From the IMG/VR virus record IMGVR_UViG_2974786931_000001, positions 64,001 to 128,000 of that record: a stretch of 64,000 nt of DNA. One strand, given 5' to 3'. Below the pieces are notes generated by a model. The model had not been told where the DNA came from. It saw nothing but the letters and a program-made list of their open reading frames with translations, and searched no databases. A program made the position numbers and the translations under genes. Positions within the stretch are counted from its first letter, which is position 1, and each line of letters begins with the position of its first letter. The stretch is from a virus. Lineage: Duplodnaviria; Caudoviricetes. This document shows, in pieces, positions 1 to 8,525 of this stretch.

Positions 1-20
1 CAATATACTCACTAATAATT

Positions 21-341
21 TCATTTTTGCAATCCACTAATAAATTGTTTCATTATATTTTCACGATATGAAACACACATAGTTAAGTTAGGTGCTTTAT
101 CGCAGAATGTTTCTAATTGTTTTTCTTTACGCTTAATAGCATCAGTTCGCCATTTGTTAATAGCTGTTTGACCATCTCTATAAGCACTATCTAATTCTAA
201 AGCTATAACGTCAACACACTCGTTATTACTCCCACAAAACAATTTTGCTGTTTTGATTGATTCTTTCCAAACTGCATCGTCTGCTTTAACATCCGAAGTG
301 CAAACTAGGATCAAACTTAGCACAACTAGTGTCTTATACAT
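21..341 (-). CDS. vs: Vs protein (valyl-tRNA synthetase modifier homolog), signal peptide, 4 Cys
   Basis: Signal-like N-terminus; CGxNxxC...AYxDG pattern as in T4 Vs; position next to vs.1 and regB. Confidence 0.8.
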   Translation of the reverse strand: MYKTLVVLSLILVCTSDVKADDAVWKESIKTAKLFCGSNNECVDVIALELDSAYRDGQTAINKWRTDAIKRKEKQLETFCDKAPNLTMCVSYRENIMKQFISGLQK

Positions 342-892
342 TAATCTATCCTTTGTTGAAGCATTTTATTAGATTTCAAGTAATTTGATTTTGTTAGAAC
401 TTCTGAAGCATATTTATTCCCAGCTTTGGTATTCCATCCTGCATTATAAGAGGCTAATGATTTGCGCATGTCTCCGTTATGTTGCTCTAACCAGTAAGAC
501 AATTCTATATAAGCCCATGTCGCTGAATTAGAACGTTTTTGTACCATATTAATTATTTCTTTATCTGATAATTTCCATCCTATTTGTTTTACTCTGTTAC
601 GCAATGTAGGTAAGTAATTTTGAAACATTCCATATGCATGGTGTTTGTCCTTACTTATACCTGTATTTATTCCAGCTGAACTTTCTTGCCAAAGCAATCC
701 AGCCATTATATATCCAAGACCGTTATTATCATAACGAGTTTCATTATCTTTGAACTTCCCCGTCTTTTGGAATTGTTCTCCAAAAGCGTAAGCATATTGC
801 AAATTGTCGAGTTGTTCATTACTGAAAGTGTGCTCTACGCTATAGGCAGACATACTAACTGTCAATAGTAAAGTGGCTATCGCTTTTTTCAT
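341..892 (-). CDS. vs.1: Vs.1, exported lytic transglycosylase (SLT)-like protein
   Basis: Signal peptide; QESSAG, YGMFQ and ASYNAG SLT-type motifs; synteny. Confidence 0.85.
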   Translation of the reverse strand: MKKAIATLLLTVSMSAYSVEHTFSNEQLDNLQYAYAFGEQFQKTGKFKDNETRYDNNGLGYIMAGLLWQESSAGINTGISKDKHHAYGMFQNYLPTLRNRVKQIGWKLSDKEIINMVQKRSNSATWAYIELSYWLEQHNGDMRKSLASYNAGWNTKAGNKYASEVLTKSNYLKSNKMLQQRID

Positions 893-902
893 GATTTTTC
901 TC

Positions 903-1358
903 TTATAGATTTATAACTTTAGTTCCGATTTTACCTTCTAAACGACGATTGTTAACAATGGCCATTCTGCAACGTAGTCCAGATTCATGTTTGAGTGGAT
1001 TGTCTACAGTAAGACCTAACCATAAATTGCCATCTGTCAATTCTAAACGGAAAGGACGATACTCTACACCAGGAAGAATTTTATATTCTACAGCTGGAAG
1101 TGGAGTCATTTCTAAATACTCAACTACATCTTTTACTTTTGTATGAAGACGATTAAACAGTTTGAACATATAAACTTCGTCAATTTCGCGTTGAATTGCT
1201 CGGTCTAAAAGATGCGGAGTAAAGCGGATATGAAACGGCTTGAGATTTTGTTCTTTACAAGCCGTTTTAATTGAAGCATTGATTTGAGCAAATTCCGTTT
1301 CGAAGACTCGGCGTAATTTGCTGCGGCGGATATGTGTTTCATATGTTAGTTCAGACAT
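903..1358 (-). CDS. regB: RegB site-specific (GGAG) endoribonuclease
   Basis: IRRSKLRRVFETEF, HLLDRAIQREIDE and RLELTDGNLWLG match T4 RegB; its own SD contains GGAG (1365-1368). Confidence 0.95.
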   Translation of the reverse strand: MSELTYETHIRRSKLRRVFETEFAQINASIKTACKEQNLKPFHIRFTPHLLDRAIQREIDEVYMFKLFNRLHTKVKDVVEYLEMTPLPAVEYKILPGVEYRPFRLELTDGNLWLGLTVDNPLKHESGLRCRMAIVNNRRLEGKIGTKVINL

Positions 1359-1383
1359 AATATTCTCCTTTTGTTTCAGTAAG

Positions 1384-1416
1384 AGTATAATATCATGAAC
1401 TAACTTGTATGTAAAC
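1384..1416 (-). promoter_or_regulatory. T4-type early promoter for regB
   Basis: GTTTACA (1416-1410) followed by TGATATTATACT on the minus strand. Confidence 0.7.
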
Positions 1417-1685
1417 TAGTAAGTTTCAGTTGGACGGAAAATAGAACGACATGCCCACATACTAGATTCTTTTAAAGAACGAATAGCTACTTGAACTTGG
1501 AAAATTCGTTCACGGATATCACTTGCTTCTAAACTATCAGCATCTGCTAGTGTTAATTCAGCATCTAATCTAGTTAAAATAGAAGTATAAACTTGGCCTA
1601 AATTGTTTTCAACACTTTTAACAATGTTAACCAATTCAATCTTTTCATCTGTGTGAGGCTTATAGCCTTTAATATCTTCAATCAT
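1416..1685 (-). CDS. vs.4: Vs.4 / Acb2 anti-CBASS cyclic-oligonucleotide sponge
   Basis: MIEDIKGYKPHTDEKI...VNxxKxxE...LKESSMWACRSIF matches T4 Vs.4 (Acb2 family). Confidence 0.9.
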   Translation of the reverse strand: MIEDIKGYKPHTDEKIELVNIVKSVENNLGQVYTSILTRLDAELTLADADSLEASDIRERIFQVQVAIRSLKESSMWACRSIFRPTETY

Positions 1686-1881
1686 TCAAATGTTCCTCAA
1701 TAACTATTTGGTTATGCCAATCCGGGTATTTAAATCCAATAAATGATTCACTATGGCCATCAGCATAAGCTTCAGCAAAATCTTTCTCGCCGCAAGCAGA
1801 CATCCAGCCTAAAAAGCTGTCACGTATGGATTCCGGCAAAGTGATAATGATTTGTACGTTTTCAGTTGCTTGTGTTCCCAT
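1678..1881 (-). CDS. hypothetical protein
   Basis: 67-aa ORF with SD-like GAGA; stop overlaps vs.4 start; overlaps the upstream ORF by 73 nt. Confidence 0.55.
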   Translation of the reverse strand: MGTQATENVQIIITLPESIRDSFLGWMSACGEKDFAEAYADGHSESFIGFKYPDWHNQIVIEEHLND

Positions 1882-2108
1882 AATAGGATTTCTCGCGTAG
1901 GTTTAGTAAATCCAGGATAAGCCTTGATTTGTCTGTCAAAACAAATATTACTAAGGCACTGTACACCTAGACCGTGTTTAGTTAACAATGTAATATATCG
2001 ATATTCACCACTATTAACTATAGATTTATCTTGTAGTTCTTCAATCGTATGTTCACTTAAAAAGGCCACTTTCTTAAAAGGACCGTCAACCATAATATAT
2101 CGATTCAT
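1809..2108 (-). CDS. hypothetical protein (vs.7 position)
   Basis: Start coupled to vs.8 stop (TAATG); DGPFK motif weakly recalls T4 Vs.7. Confidence 0.6.
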   Translation of the reverse strand: MNRYIMVDGPFKKVAFLSEHTIEELQDKSIVNSGEYRYITLLTKHGLGVQCLSNICFDRQIKAYPGFTKPTREILLWEHKQLKTYKSLSLCRNPYVTAF

Positions 2109-2644
2109 TATTGCATTCCTAATACGATGAACAAAGGTAATTTCTTTCCTGATGAAACTGTATTAATATACAACTTATTTTCGAAAGCATTATAGAATTT
2201 AAAAATGTCTGGCATTTTATGGCATGGTTCGTCTATGACAATTAAAACCTTTTTCATAGAAACGCCACGATATTGATTATCATATGAGTCTGATAAAAAA
2301 GCTCGGATGCTTTGAGTGCTAATATTATTACGATAGCCATTAGGTAAATTTATCCTGCCTTCGCATTTCTTACGAATTCGGCAACCTGTATCAAATGCAT
2401 ATTTCTCGCTATCAGCTAGACAAATAACATGTCCATCATCTTGAATCCAGTCTGCAGCAAATAAAGCTACTGCTTCTGTTTTGCCAGACTGACGGCCACC
2501 ATCAATACGAAGTGTACGGTATTCAGCAAGAATATTAATACGTGAATATTGGCTAATAAAACCTGTTTCTTTACTTAAAACTGCTTCTGAACGGTCATTA
2601 AAAGCATTCATCAGGGTTAAGTATGGAGCTGTTAGATATTTCAT
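2108..2644 (-). CDS. vs.8: Vs.8-like P-loop protein
   Basis: LTAPYLTLMNAF, TLRIDGGRQSGKT (Walker A), IVIDEP (Walker B), C-terminal GMQ; start moved to 2644 where AGGA precedes ATG. Confidence 0.85.
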   Translation of the reverse strand: MKYLTAPYLTLMNAFNDRSEAVLSKETGFISQYSRINILAEYRTLRIDGGRQSGKTEAVALFAADWIQDDGHVICLADSEKYAFDTGCRIRKKCEGRINLPNGYRNNISTQSIRAFLSDSYDNQYRGVSMKKVLIVIDEPCHKMPDIFKFYNAFENKLYINTVSSGKKLPLFIVLGMQ

Positions 2645-2649
2645 ATTAT

Positions 2650-2795
2650 TCCTAAGTTGGGCCATTCCTTGGCACATAAGTAGTCCATTTCACCGAATGT
2701 AAGCCCCTTACCGCACTAGGGCTCGACCTTATTACAGGTGGGAAAAGATCCATTACTCAGAGGAACATTGTTCATGAGGAGAGGGCCGGCGTGTC
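2650..2795 (-). ncRNA. GC-rich putative structured leader/ncRNA upstream of vs.8
   Basis: About 145 nt non-coding and GC-rich, several hairpins, TATAAT at 2804-2799. Confidence 0.45.
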
Positions 2796-2839
2796 TTTAT
2801 TATACTTGCTTGGGCTTAATATCTTTAAAGATAAATTCA

Positions 2840-3424
2840 TTAATTTTGTTTGCGCCAAATAGCCCGTGAAATTACTTCCCATGCATACTGTACATTAGCA
2901 TCAGTATAAATTTCTTTAGTATGGTTAAAGTCAACTTTATGGCCTGCGCGCTTCATAATATTTACGAATTCTTTACGCGTATCAGAACGATCTTGTTTAA
3001 ACCAATTGGTTTTATGTTTAGCAAATTCAGTACCAGCATAGTTAATAATTTCACCTAGCTTGCTATTCATAGCCCACTGTCCTTTCTTAGGAACAAAAGA
3101 AGGACCTTTATCGTATGCTTTGCTATAAACTTTCGTATAGCGACGCATTTCTTTATCGGCAGCTAAAAAATCAGCATCATGATTAGAAGCAAGAACATCC
3201 ATAATATTATCAAATTTAAAACCATTTACTTCAATTTTATAGTCATTACGATACTTTAAACCTTCCCATGCAAATGCTTTAAAGTCTGCAACTTTTGTAG
3301 CTAAATAACGGTCAATAGTGGCGGTTTTAGAATCAAATCCATTGCCACCATAAGTCCATTCATCTTTATTGATACCTTTAATACCACCAGCAGCTTCAAA
3401 GATAAATTCGTTATAAGTTTTCAT
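2840..3424 (-). CDS. ipIII: Internal head protein III
   Basis: Capsid-targeting sequence (CTS) MKTYNEFIFE; KGINKDEWTY..GNGFD..YLATK..DFKAFAWEGL as in T4 IPIII. Confidence 0.92.
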   Translation of the reverse strand: MKTYNEFIFEAAGGIKGINKDEWTYGGNGFDSKTATIDRYLATKVADFKAFAWEGLKYRNDYKIEVNGFKFDNIMDVLASNHDADFLAADKEMRRYTKVYSKAYDKGPSFVPKKGQWAMNSKLGEIINYAGTEFAKHKTNWFKQDRSDTRKEFVNIMKRAGHKVDFNHTKEIYTDANVQYAWEVISRAIWRKQN

Positions 3425-3468
3425 TTTATAGCCTTTAGATTAGTTAATAGAAACATTCTATCATATTT

Positions 3469-3888
3469 CTATTTATTGTAAATTGCTTTACCAAAATATT
3501 TATACCATAAAGGCTTCAGAGCAATTTTTTCATCAAGACGTGCTTGTGATAAGTCTAAAGCATCTTGAGGTGCATCATAATTATTACGCCATTCATTTGG
3601 GATATCAGTGATATCCTGAACAGTTGTATCCTTAATTTTAAAACCACGGACCAAACATTCTGTAATGAGATCTATTTGTCGTAATCTTAAAAATTCTAAT
3701 TTGTCATAAAAGAATGTTACATGGCCTGTTCCTAAAATAAAGACTGGAGAAATTTTAAAGTCTTTAAGTTTTTTGCCATTTTGAACATGTTTACGTACTG
3801 CACCAAATACCCGTGGAAGTTCACGGTATTCAGCCATAAGATGTTGGTCGGCAAGTTCAGATACTAGTGTTAAATTTATACGTGTCAT
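3469..3888 (-). CDS. denV: Endonuclease V, pyrimidine-dimer DNA glycosylase
   Basis: [29 protein letters not shown] and [10 protein letters not shown]. Confidence 0.98.
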   Translation of the reverse strand: MTRINLTLVSELADQHLMAEYRELPRVFGAVRKHVQNGKKLKDFKISPVFILGTGHVTFFYDKLEFLRLRQIDLITECLVRGFKIKDTTVQDITDIPNEWRNNYDAPQDALDLSQARLDEKIALKPLWYKYFGKAIYNK

Positions 3889-3914
3889 AATGACCTCCCG
3901 TTTATAAGAAGGAC

Positions 3915-3944
3915 ATTATACCACAGCATAATCTTAATGTAAAC
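3915..3944 (-). promoter_or_regulatory. T4-type early promoter for denV/ipIII
   Basis: GTTTACATTAAGATTATGCTGTGGTATAAT, near consensus. Confidence 0.85.
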
Positions 3945-4241
3945 TTATTTTAGTTCTTCATTAGCTTTAATAGAAGCTGCTTGAAGGTCATCCATTGACA
4001 TACCATATTTAGAAGCAAAAGCATCAATCTTCTTGTCAATAGCTAACAAAGGTTTAGCTTGTTTACCATCTTTAGCACCCGGAAGTTTACGAATACGTTC
4101 TTTTTCTTTATAAAGGTCTATAATTTTCTTACGCTCTTTGTCATCAAGGTCGTCAAAAGATTTAGCTTTTTTATTGACAGCTTTAATAATAGTATCAGCG
4201 TGGGCTTTAGCTTCTGTTATAAATTCGTTGTAACTTTTCAT
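3945..4241 (-). CDS. ipII: Internal head protein II
   Basis: CTS MKSYNEFITE; AVNKKAxSFxDLxDK, LPGAxxGKQAKPL and GMSMDDLQ as in T4 IPII. Confidence 0.92.
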   Translation of the reverse strand: MKSYNEFITEAKAHADTIIKAVNKKAKSFDDLDDKERKKIIDLYKEKERIRKLPGAKDGKQAKPLLAIDKKIDAFASKYGMSMDDLQAASIKANEELK

Positions 4242-4249
4242 TTGTTTTC

Positions 4250-4738
4250 CTATTTGTAGGCATTCATCGTGCCAGTTTTAAATACATCAATTACTCGTTT
4301 AGCACGATTTGGCGTTTGTTTGAACCATCTAGATTGAGCAAGGTTCAAAGCAGCTTGGTCCCACTGTTTTGCTTTAAGTAGTTTAATAGAGTTATTAAAT
4401 CCAGCAACACCAGCAACACCCATCTGGAATACCATATTCACTAAAGCCATTTGCCTAATAGAGTCTAATGACAAATATAAGTCATTTAAAACCGTATTAG
4501 ATTTAATCCCAGCTTTAGCTTTTTCTACATCTTTACTAAACAAATATTCAGCATCTTCAGTAGTAATTCTACCTTGTGTGCTTCGTCCTAATTCTTTATC
4601 TAGAATAGAAATTCCAGTCATTAAATTATGGACCTTCGTAAGCAGATGGCCAACTCCAACAGTTGGATAACCTTCAGTATCAAAATACACTTCAAGTTTC
4701 AGGCCTTCGTCATAACGTAACATTTCAAATAAATTCAT
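4250..4738 (-). CDS. e: T4-type endolysin (lysozyme)
   Basis: [24 protein letters not shown] (catalytic E11/D20/T26), [17 protein letters not shown]. Confidence 0.98.
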   Translation of the reverse strand: MNLFEMLRYDEGLKLEVYFDTEGYPTVGVGHLLTKVHNLMTGISILDKELGRSTQGRITTEDAEYLFSKDVEKAKAGIKSNTVLNDLYLSLDSIRQMALVNMVFQMGVAGVAGFNNSIKLLKAKQWDQAALNLAQSRWFKQTPNRAKRVIDVFKTGTMNAYK

Positions 4739-4742
4739 ACAT

Positions 4743-4770
4743 CCTCCTAGGTTAGTAGGAGGTATTTATT
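4743..4770 (-). promoter_or_regulatory. SD-sequestering hairpin and late-promoter variant upstream of lysozyme
   Basis: AATAAATA-CCTCCTA-CTAACC-TAGGAGG-ATGT-ATG; the hairpin hides the SD, as established for T4 gene e. Confidence 0.75.
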
Positions 4771-5176
4771 AGAAAAAAGAAGCTATCAAATTAGACATAC
4801 TAGGATTACAATATTTAGGAATATCTGAAACGCTTACCCATTCAAAACGGTCCATTTCGAATACTTTTCGTTCATCTTTATAGAACCAAGCTGTGCATAC
4901 ACATTCTGAAGCAATAGGCAATTCAGATCCATTATATATAAAGATATGTAAATCTTTTTTAGGAATGTAATATTTAACCCCAAAATCAATCAAATCATAT
5001 GAATGAACATCAAATCCTATTTCTTCTTTTGTTTCACGAATAGCCGCAGCAATGGCATCTTCGCCTGGGTCGATATGACCTTTAGGAATACCCCAGTATG
5101 GAGTTTCTGTAGCATGAGCTAAAAGAACTTTCTGTGTTTTCTTGTTATAGAAAATAATACCTGCTGAATGTTCCAT
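4769..5176 (-). CDS. nudE: Nudix hydrolase
   Basis: Nudix box PKGHIDPGEDAIAAAIRETKEEIG; e.1 position; start at MEHSAG after GGAG. Confidence 0.85.
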   Translation of the reverse strand: MEHSAGIIFYNKKTQKVLLAHATETPYWGIPKGHIDPGEDAIAAAIRETKEEIGFDVHSYDLIDFGVKYYIPKKDLHIFIYNGSELPIASECVCTAWFYKDERKVFEMDRFEWVSVSDIPKYCNPSMSNLIASFF

Positions 5177-5177
5177 G

Positions 5178-5357
5178 TTAGCTCCAATAATGAACACATT
5201 TGTTAATTTGATTTGTTAATAATTCATTGACACAATTACGACAAATAGGAAATAAGCCATTATCAGAATTAGCTGACTTTTTAAATTCTTTTGTAGACAG
5301 CTTTTCTTTGCATTGCTTGCATTTAATAGTCTTCTGAACTTTCGAAATCTTCATCAT
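5178..5357 (-). CDS. small CxxC...CxxC putative zinc-binding protein (start uncertain)
   Basis: CKQC...F...GL...CRNC pattern; fills the gap before nudE. Confidence 0.5.
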   Translation of the reverse strand: MMKISKVQKTIKCKQCKEKLSTKEFKKSANSDNGLFPICRNCVNELLTNQINKCVHYWS

Positions 5358-5586
5358 AATCAGAGTCCCATGATTGACTATGGAGTTTAGAAACAATATC
5401 ATGAATAGCTACTTCACGTTCTTCGGAACAATTATCACCAGTTGCAGTTTCGAATTCTGCAATTTTACCAATATGATACATTTCATTACGTAATGCATAT
5501 TCTATGTCCGATGTTGAATCATCAGGCCCATAAGAATACAAATAATTATCGCCAGATTCGCTTTTAAAAAAAATTGCTACGCTCAT
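5323..5586 (-). CDS. hypothetical acidic protein
   Basis: ATGA overlap with the upstream NTase gene, SD GAGG; acidic tail SWDSDYDEDFESSEDY. Confidence 0.75.
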   Translation of the reverse strand: MSVAIFFKSESGDNYLYSYGPDDSTSDIEYALRNEMYHIGKIAEFETATGDNCSEEREVAIHDIVSKLHSQSWDSDYDEDFESSEDY

Positions 5587-6515
5587 TGTTCACCTCGTGT
5601 GAATGGTTTAACTTTATCAAAGTTTAGTTTAAATCGTTTAACATAATCATTAGGGCCTAGTTTTTTGTACATAGCCATAACAACAAAATAGTTTTCCCAG
5701 GCAAATTCACGGAACCAGCCTGATGTGATGCTTGTACACACTTTCTCAAGAGCCATTTTAAAGCTTAACTCTGAGCCAGGTTTAAAGTTATTAGGAATCT
5801 GCGAACGCTCTAAAGCTAATACACAGGCTTCTTCATATACGCCAGCCAACTGAATCTCTTTAGGCAAAGCCATGAACTTTTCTTTAGAAGTCATTACTTG
5901 GGAATCGTCTTTCATGTAATATTTGTATGCTGGTTTATCAGTTAATGCAATGGCTTCATGAATTGTATCATGGTCATATGTATAGATATCATCTTTAAAG
6001 AATGCATCTTTAGTAACATCTAACACAGGATGTGCATAACTCAAAGTTTCTTTTTGGCGCAATTTTACAATATCTTCAAGATATGACGTCAAACGAATAT
6101 CTTTATTACGCAAGAAGCGAATATGGTGTTGTGTCTTCTCAAAAAATGGATTATTCTTTTTATAACGATGTGACAATTTAATAGCCAAACACATTTCAGG
6201 TGTGGCCCATTTAAACCCGGTCAAACGATCAAGTCTACAGTTGCCTTCAGCATAATTAAGCAAAAGAGCATTTGAATCTTCATTATGTCCTTCTTTAACA
6301 ATGTACGATTCAAAATGAGTTTCTTTACCACCATGCATACACACAAAAGCGCTCACATTAGGATTAGCTACTTTAACTTCAATGCCAAACATTTTAGATT
6401 TAAAGTCAATCCAATCAGGCTCATCTGCAATAAAATCCCAATCAGAATTTTTTACATCATTAATAGAAATAAGACCTGCATTATACAACGCTCGGGAGCC
6501 GATGACTAATAACAT
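5583..6515 (-). CDS. Putative Pol-beta-superfamily nucleotidyltransferase fused to a C-terminal HDxxH/EE/ER domain (310 aa)
   Basis: LVIGSRA...SDWDFI fits the hG[GS]...DxD NTase signature; C-domain YDHDTIHE, EEACVLALER, GWFREFAWENY; start at 6515 after GAGG. Confidence 0.7.
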   Translation of the reverse strand: MLLVIGSRALYNAGLISINDVKNSDWDFIADEPDWIDFKSKMFGIEVKVANPNVSAFVCMHGGKETHFESYIVKEGHNEDSNALLLNYAEGNCRLDRLTGFKWATPEMCLAIKLSHRYKKNNPFFEKTQHHIRFLRNKDIRLTSYLEDIVKLRQKETLSYAHPVLDVTKDAFFKDDIYTYDHDTIHEAIALTDKPAYKYYMKDDSQVMTSKEKFMALPKEIQLAGVYEEACVLALERSQIPNNFKPGSELSFKMALEKVCTSITSGWFREFAWENYFVVMAMYKKLGPNDYVKRFKLNFDKVKPFTRGEQ

Positions 6516-6545
6516 AATATTTTCCTCATTTGTTTCGATAGAAGT

Positions 6546-6575
6546 ACTATAACATGGTCTTATTTGAATGTAAAC
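6546..6575 (-). promoter_or_regulatory. Early promoter directly upstream of the NTase gene
   Basis: GTTTACATTCAAATAAGACCATGTTATAGT. Confidence 0.75.
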
Positions 6576-6787
6576 TAGCAATCTGAACTTGATGAAGTCC
6601 ATACTTGTGGGATAATTTTAATGCTACCTTGGTTTGCACCATATTCATGCACACTGAAAATATCGCTGATATACCCAGAATGAGAAATATGCAGTATTGG
6701 TTCAGCACCTTCTTCGATTGCAACATCAATAAGATTTTCAAGTGCAGTTACAGCATTACGGATTGAAATTTCTAATAGTGCAGACAT
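6575..6787 (-). CDS. small W-x-S-S-x(n)-C-tailed protein (paralog 4)
   Basis: SD AAGGA; ends VWTSSSSDC. Confidence 0.8.
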   Translation of the reverse strand: MSALLEISIRNAVTALENLIDVAIEEGAEPILHISHSGYISDIFSVHEYGANQGSIKIIPQVWTSSSSDC

Positions 6788-6796
6788 AATTATTCC

Positions 6797-7057
6797 TTAG
6801 TTACATTCTTGGGTACTTGAGACCCAGCAACCTTTATTTTCAGAGACATCATACAATGCACGAGTAGTCCATTCCATATCGCCATTAACAGATTTAGCAA
6901 ATGCCTCTTCTTTATCTAAAGCACCTGCTGAATGATATGTCCCACCCATGCCATAAGCTGGATAAATATCGAATGTGGCATTTTCCTTTTCAGCGATTTC
7001 TATTGCTTTATTAATAGCGGCTCTAATAGCTTTTACAGCTTCATCTAGTTCTGACAT
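6797..7057 (-). CDS. small W-x-S-S-x(n)-C-tailed protein (paralog 3)
   Basis: SD AGGAG; ends CWVSSTQECN. Confidence 0.85.
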   Translation of the reverse strand: MSELDEAVKAIRAAINKAIEIAEKENATFDIYPAYGMGGTYHSAGALDKEEAFAKSVNGDMEWTTRALYDVSENKGCWVSSTQECN

Positions 7058-7068
7058 AAATTCTCCTA

Positions 7069-7084
7069 GGCAGGTTTCCCTGCC
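7069..7084 (-). other. GNRA hairpin GGCAGG-GAAA-CCTGCC between paralogs (no U-tract; stability or processing element)
   Basis: Perfect 6-bp stem just 5' of the SD. Confidence 0.6.
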
Positions 7085-7090
7085 ATTAAA

Positions 7091-7360
7091 TTAACACAAA
7101 TCGCTTGACGATACCCAACCAGCAGTATGAACTACGCCATCTTCACAATTATCATCAGACATCCAATCAGCTACTTCATAAGCACTATGTTTATAACCTT
7201 CAGGATAATATGTGCTAGTGCTATCATCAAACTCGAAGCTAAACGGAATACCAACTTCATTTGCAATTTTTACAGCTTTAGTGTAAATAAGATTTTCAGC
7301 TTCATCAAGAAGAATTTTAATTGCTGCTTTTGCTGCTAGTTGTTCTGGAGTATAAGACAT
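7091..7360 (-). CDS. small W-x-S-S-x(n)-C-tailed protein (paralog 2)
   Basis: SD AAGGA; internal WMSDDNC, ends GWVSSSDLC. Confidence 0.85.
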   Translation of the reverse strand: MSYTPEQLAAKAAIKILLDEAENLIYTKAVKIANEVGIPFSFEFDDSTSTYYPEGYKHSAYEVADWMSDDNCEDGVVHTAGWVSSSDLC

Positions 7361-7373
7361 TTTATTTCCTTAA

Positions 7374-7598
7374 TTAGCAAGAAGATGATTCCCAAATACT
7401 ACCATTTTCAAGAGTACCGAAACCTTCATCATCACCTTCGCCATAGCAAGAAGATGACAACCAATCTTTAAATTCCAGTGTTCCATCATCAGTGTCGACT
7501 TCAATACCATAATTGTTTTGCTCGGCTAATTTAATTACTTCGCCAAACAATTTAGTTAATTCTGAAGCTTTTGCCATTAATTCAGTTGAACGACTCAT
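7374..7598 (-). CDS. small W-x-S-S-x(n)-C-tailed protein (paralog 1, two motif copies)
   Basis: SD GAGG; DWLSSSC and terminal IWESSSC. Confidence 0.85.
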   Translation of the reverse strand: MSRSTELMAKASELTKLFGEVIKLAEQNNYGIEVDTDDGTLEFKDWLSSSCYGEGDDEGFGTLENGSIWESSSC

Positions 7599-7939
7599 TT
7601 ATTACCTCTACAATAAGTTACGAACTCATTTACTGCTTCGAGTTCAGCTAGTTTTTCATGTTGATGTTTCATTTTAATCTTGGTTTCTTGAAGCATTTTA
7701 CTAAGTTTACGGTTCCGTAATCTGGCTGGAAAATAATATATCATCTCTACTATATTAGACCAGAAGAAAGCTAATACCCAAGAAATAAAAACACTTAGTA
7801 TTGTTATTCCTACTACATTAGGCCCATTTATTTCTAGTACTAGAAATCCTGCTGCAAGACTTAAAGTTAGTATAACAGCTATACATACGCCTATACCGCT
7901 TTCAGTATCATATGATATTGGTAATTTAGTTCTTTCCAT
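7595..7939 (-). CDS. e.2/e.3/e.4-like two-TM membrane protein
   Basis: Two hydrophobic segments, PARLRN, C-terminal FVTYCRG. Confidence 0.75.
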   Translation of the reverse strand: MERTKLPISYDTESGIGVCIAVILTLSLAAGFLVLEINGPNVVGITILSVFISWVLAFFWSNIVEMIYYFPARLRNRKLSKMLQETKIKMKHQHEKLAELEAVNEFVTYCRGNK

Positions 7940-8250
7940 TATCTACCTCGGCATTCTGAAATAAAATCTTTAAATGCTTTATATTCTTCGTTATATTTCC
8001 AGCGCTTTTTCATAAGATAATTTCTTACACGAGCAGGGATAAACCAAAGCCACTCAAAGATAAACCAAGCAACTACTGAACATGGTACAGAAATAAGCCA
8101 AGTAGTAATCCAAAATCCAGGAGTTAAGTCTAAATTAATACATGCTACCATAGAAATCAATAAAGATGCTATATTGAAACAAATTAAAGGCATAATAATA
8201 TTATAGCCACATACACGAAATTTAGTAGATTCTTTATGCACGATAATCAC
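7939..8250 (-). CDS. e.2/e.3/e.4-like two-TM membrane protein
   Basis: Two hydrophobic segments, PARVRN, C-terminal FISECRG; paralog of its neighbour. Confidence 0.75.
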   Translation of the reverse strand: MIIVHKESTKFRVCGYNIIMPLICFNIASLLISMVACINLDLTPGFWITTWLISVPCSVVAWFIFEWLWFIPARVRNYLMKKRWKYNEEYKAFKDFISECRGR

Positions 8251-8515
8251 CTTTTAAAGTTCGGCGGCATTGATCAATAAAATCTAATAGGTCAAGGTCT
8301 AAATTTTCTATAGGTTGCCATTTGTTATTAAAATAAACTAAATTAGTTCGTTCATTATGAGTGTAATTTTTGACTAATTCATGTAAAGCTAAAAGGGTTT
8401 CTTGATCTGCATCATTGCCGTCATAACAATACATACGAGTGATATCAGCAATTACTATATTATTGTAAATATTAATGTATGAAATACGGTTGTAATCTTT
8501 TGTCGTATAAATCAT
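8234..8515 (-). CDS. hypothetical soluble protein with FIDQCR motif
   Basis: SD AGGAG; overlaps the next gene. Confidence 0.7.
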   Translation of the reverse strand: MIYTTKDYNRISYINIYNNIVIADITRMYCYDGNDADQETLLALHELVKNYTHNERTNLVYFNNKWQPIENLDLDLLDFIDQCRRTLKGDYRA

Positions 8516-8525
8516 TTTATCTCCT

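Noticed and set aside
6516-6741. N-terminal extension of the NTase ORF to 6602 and the alternative ORF 6547-6741
   Set aside because: They overlap a promoter and the WxSS paralog 6575-6787; the SD supports a start at 6515.
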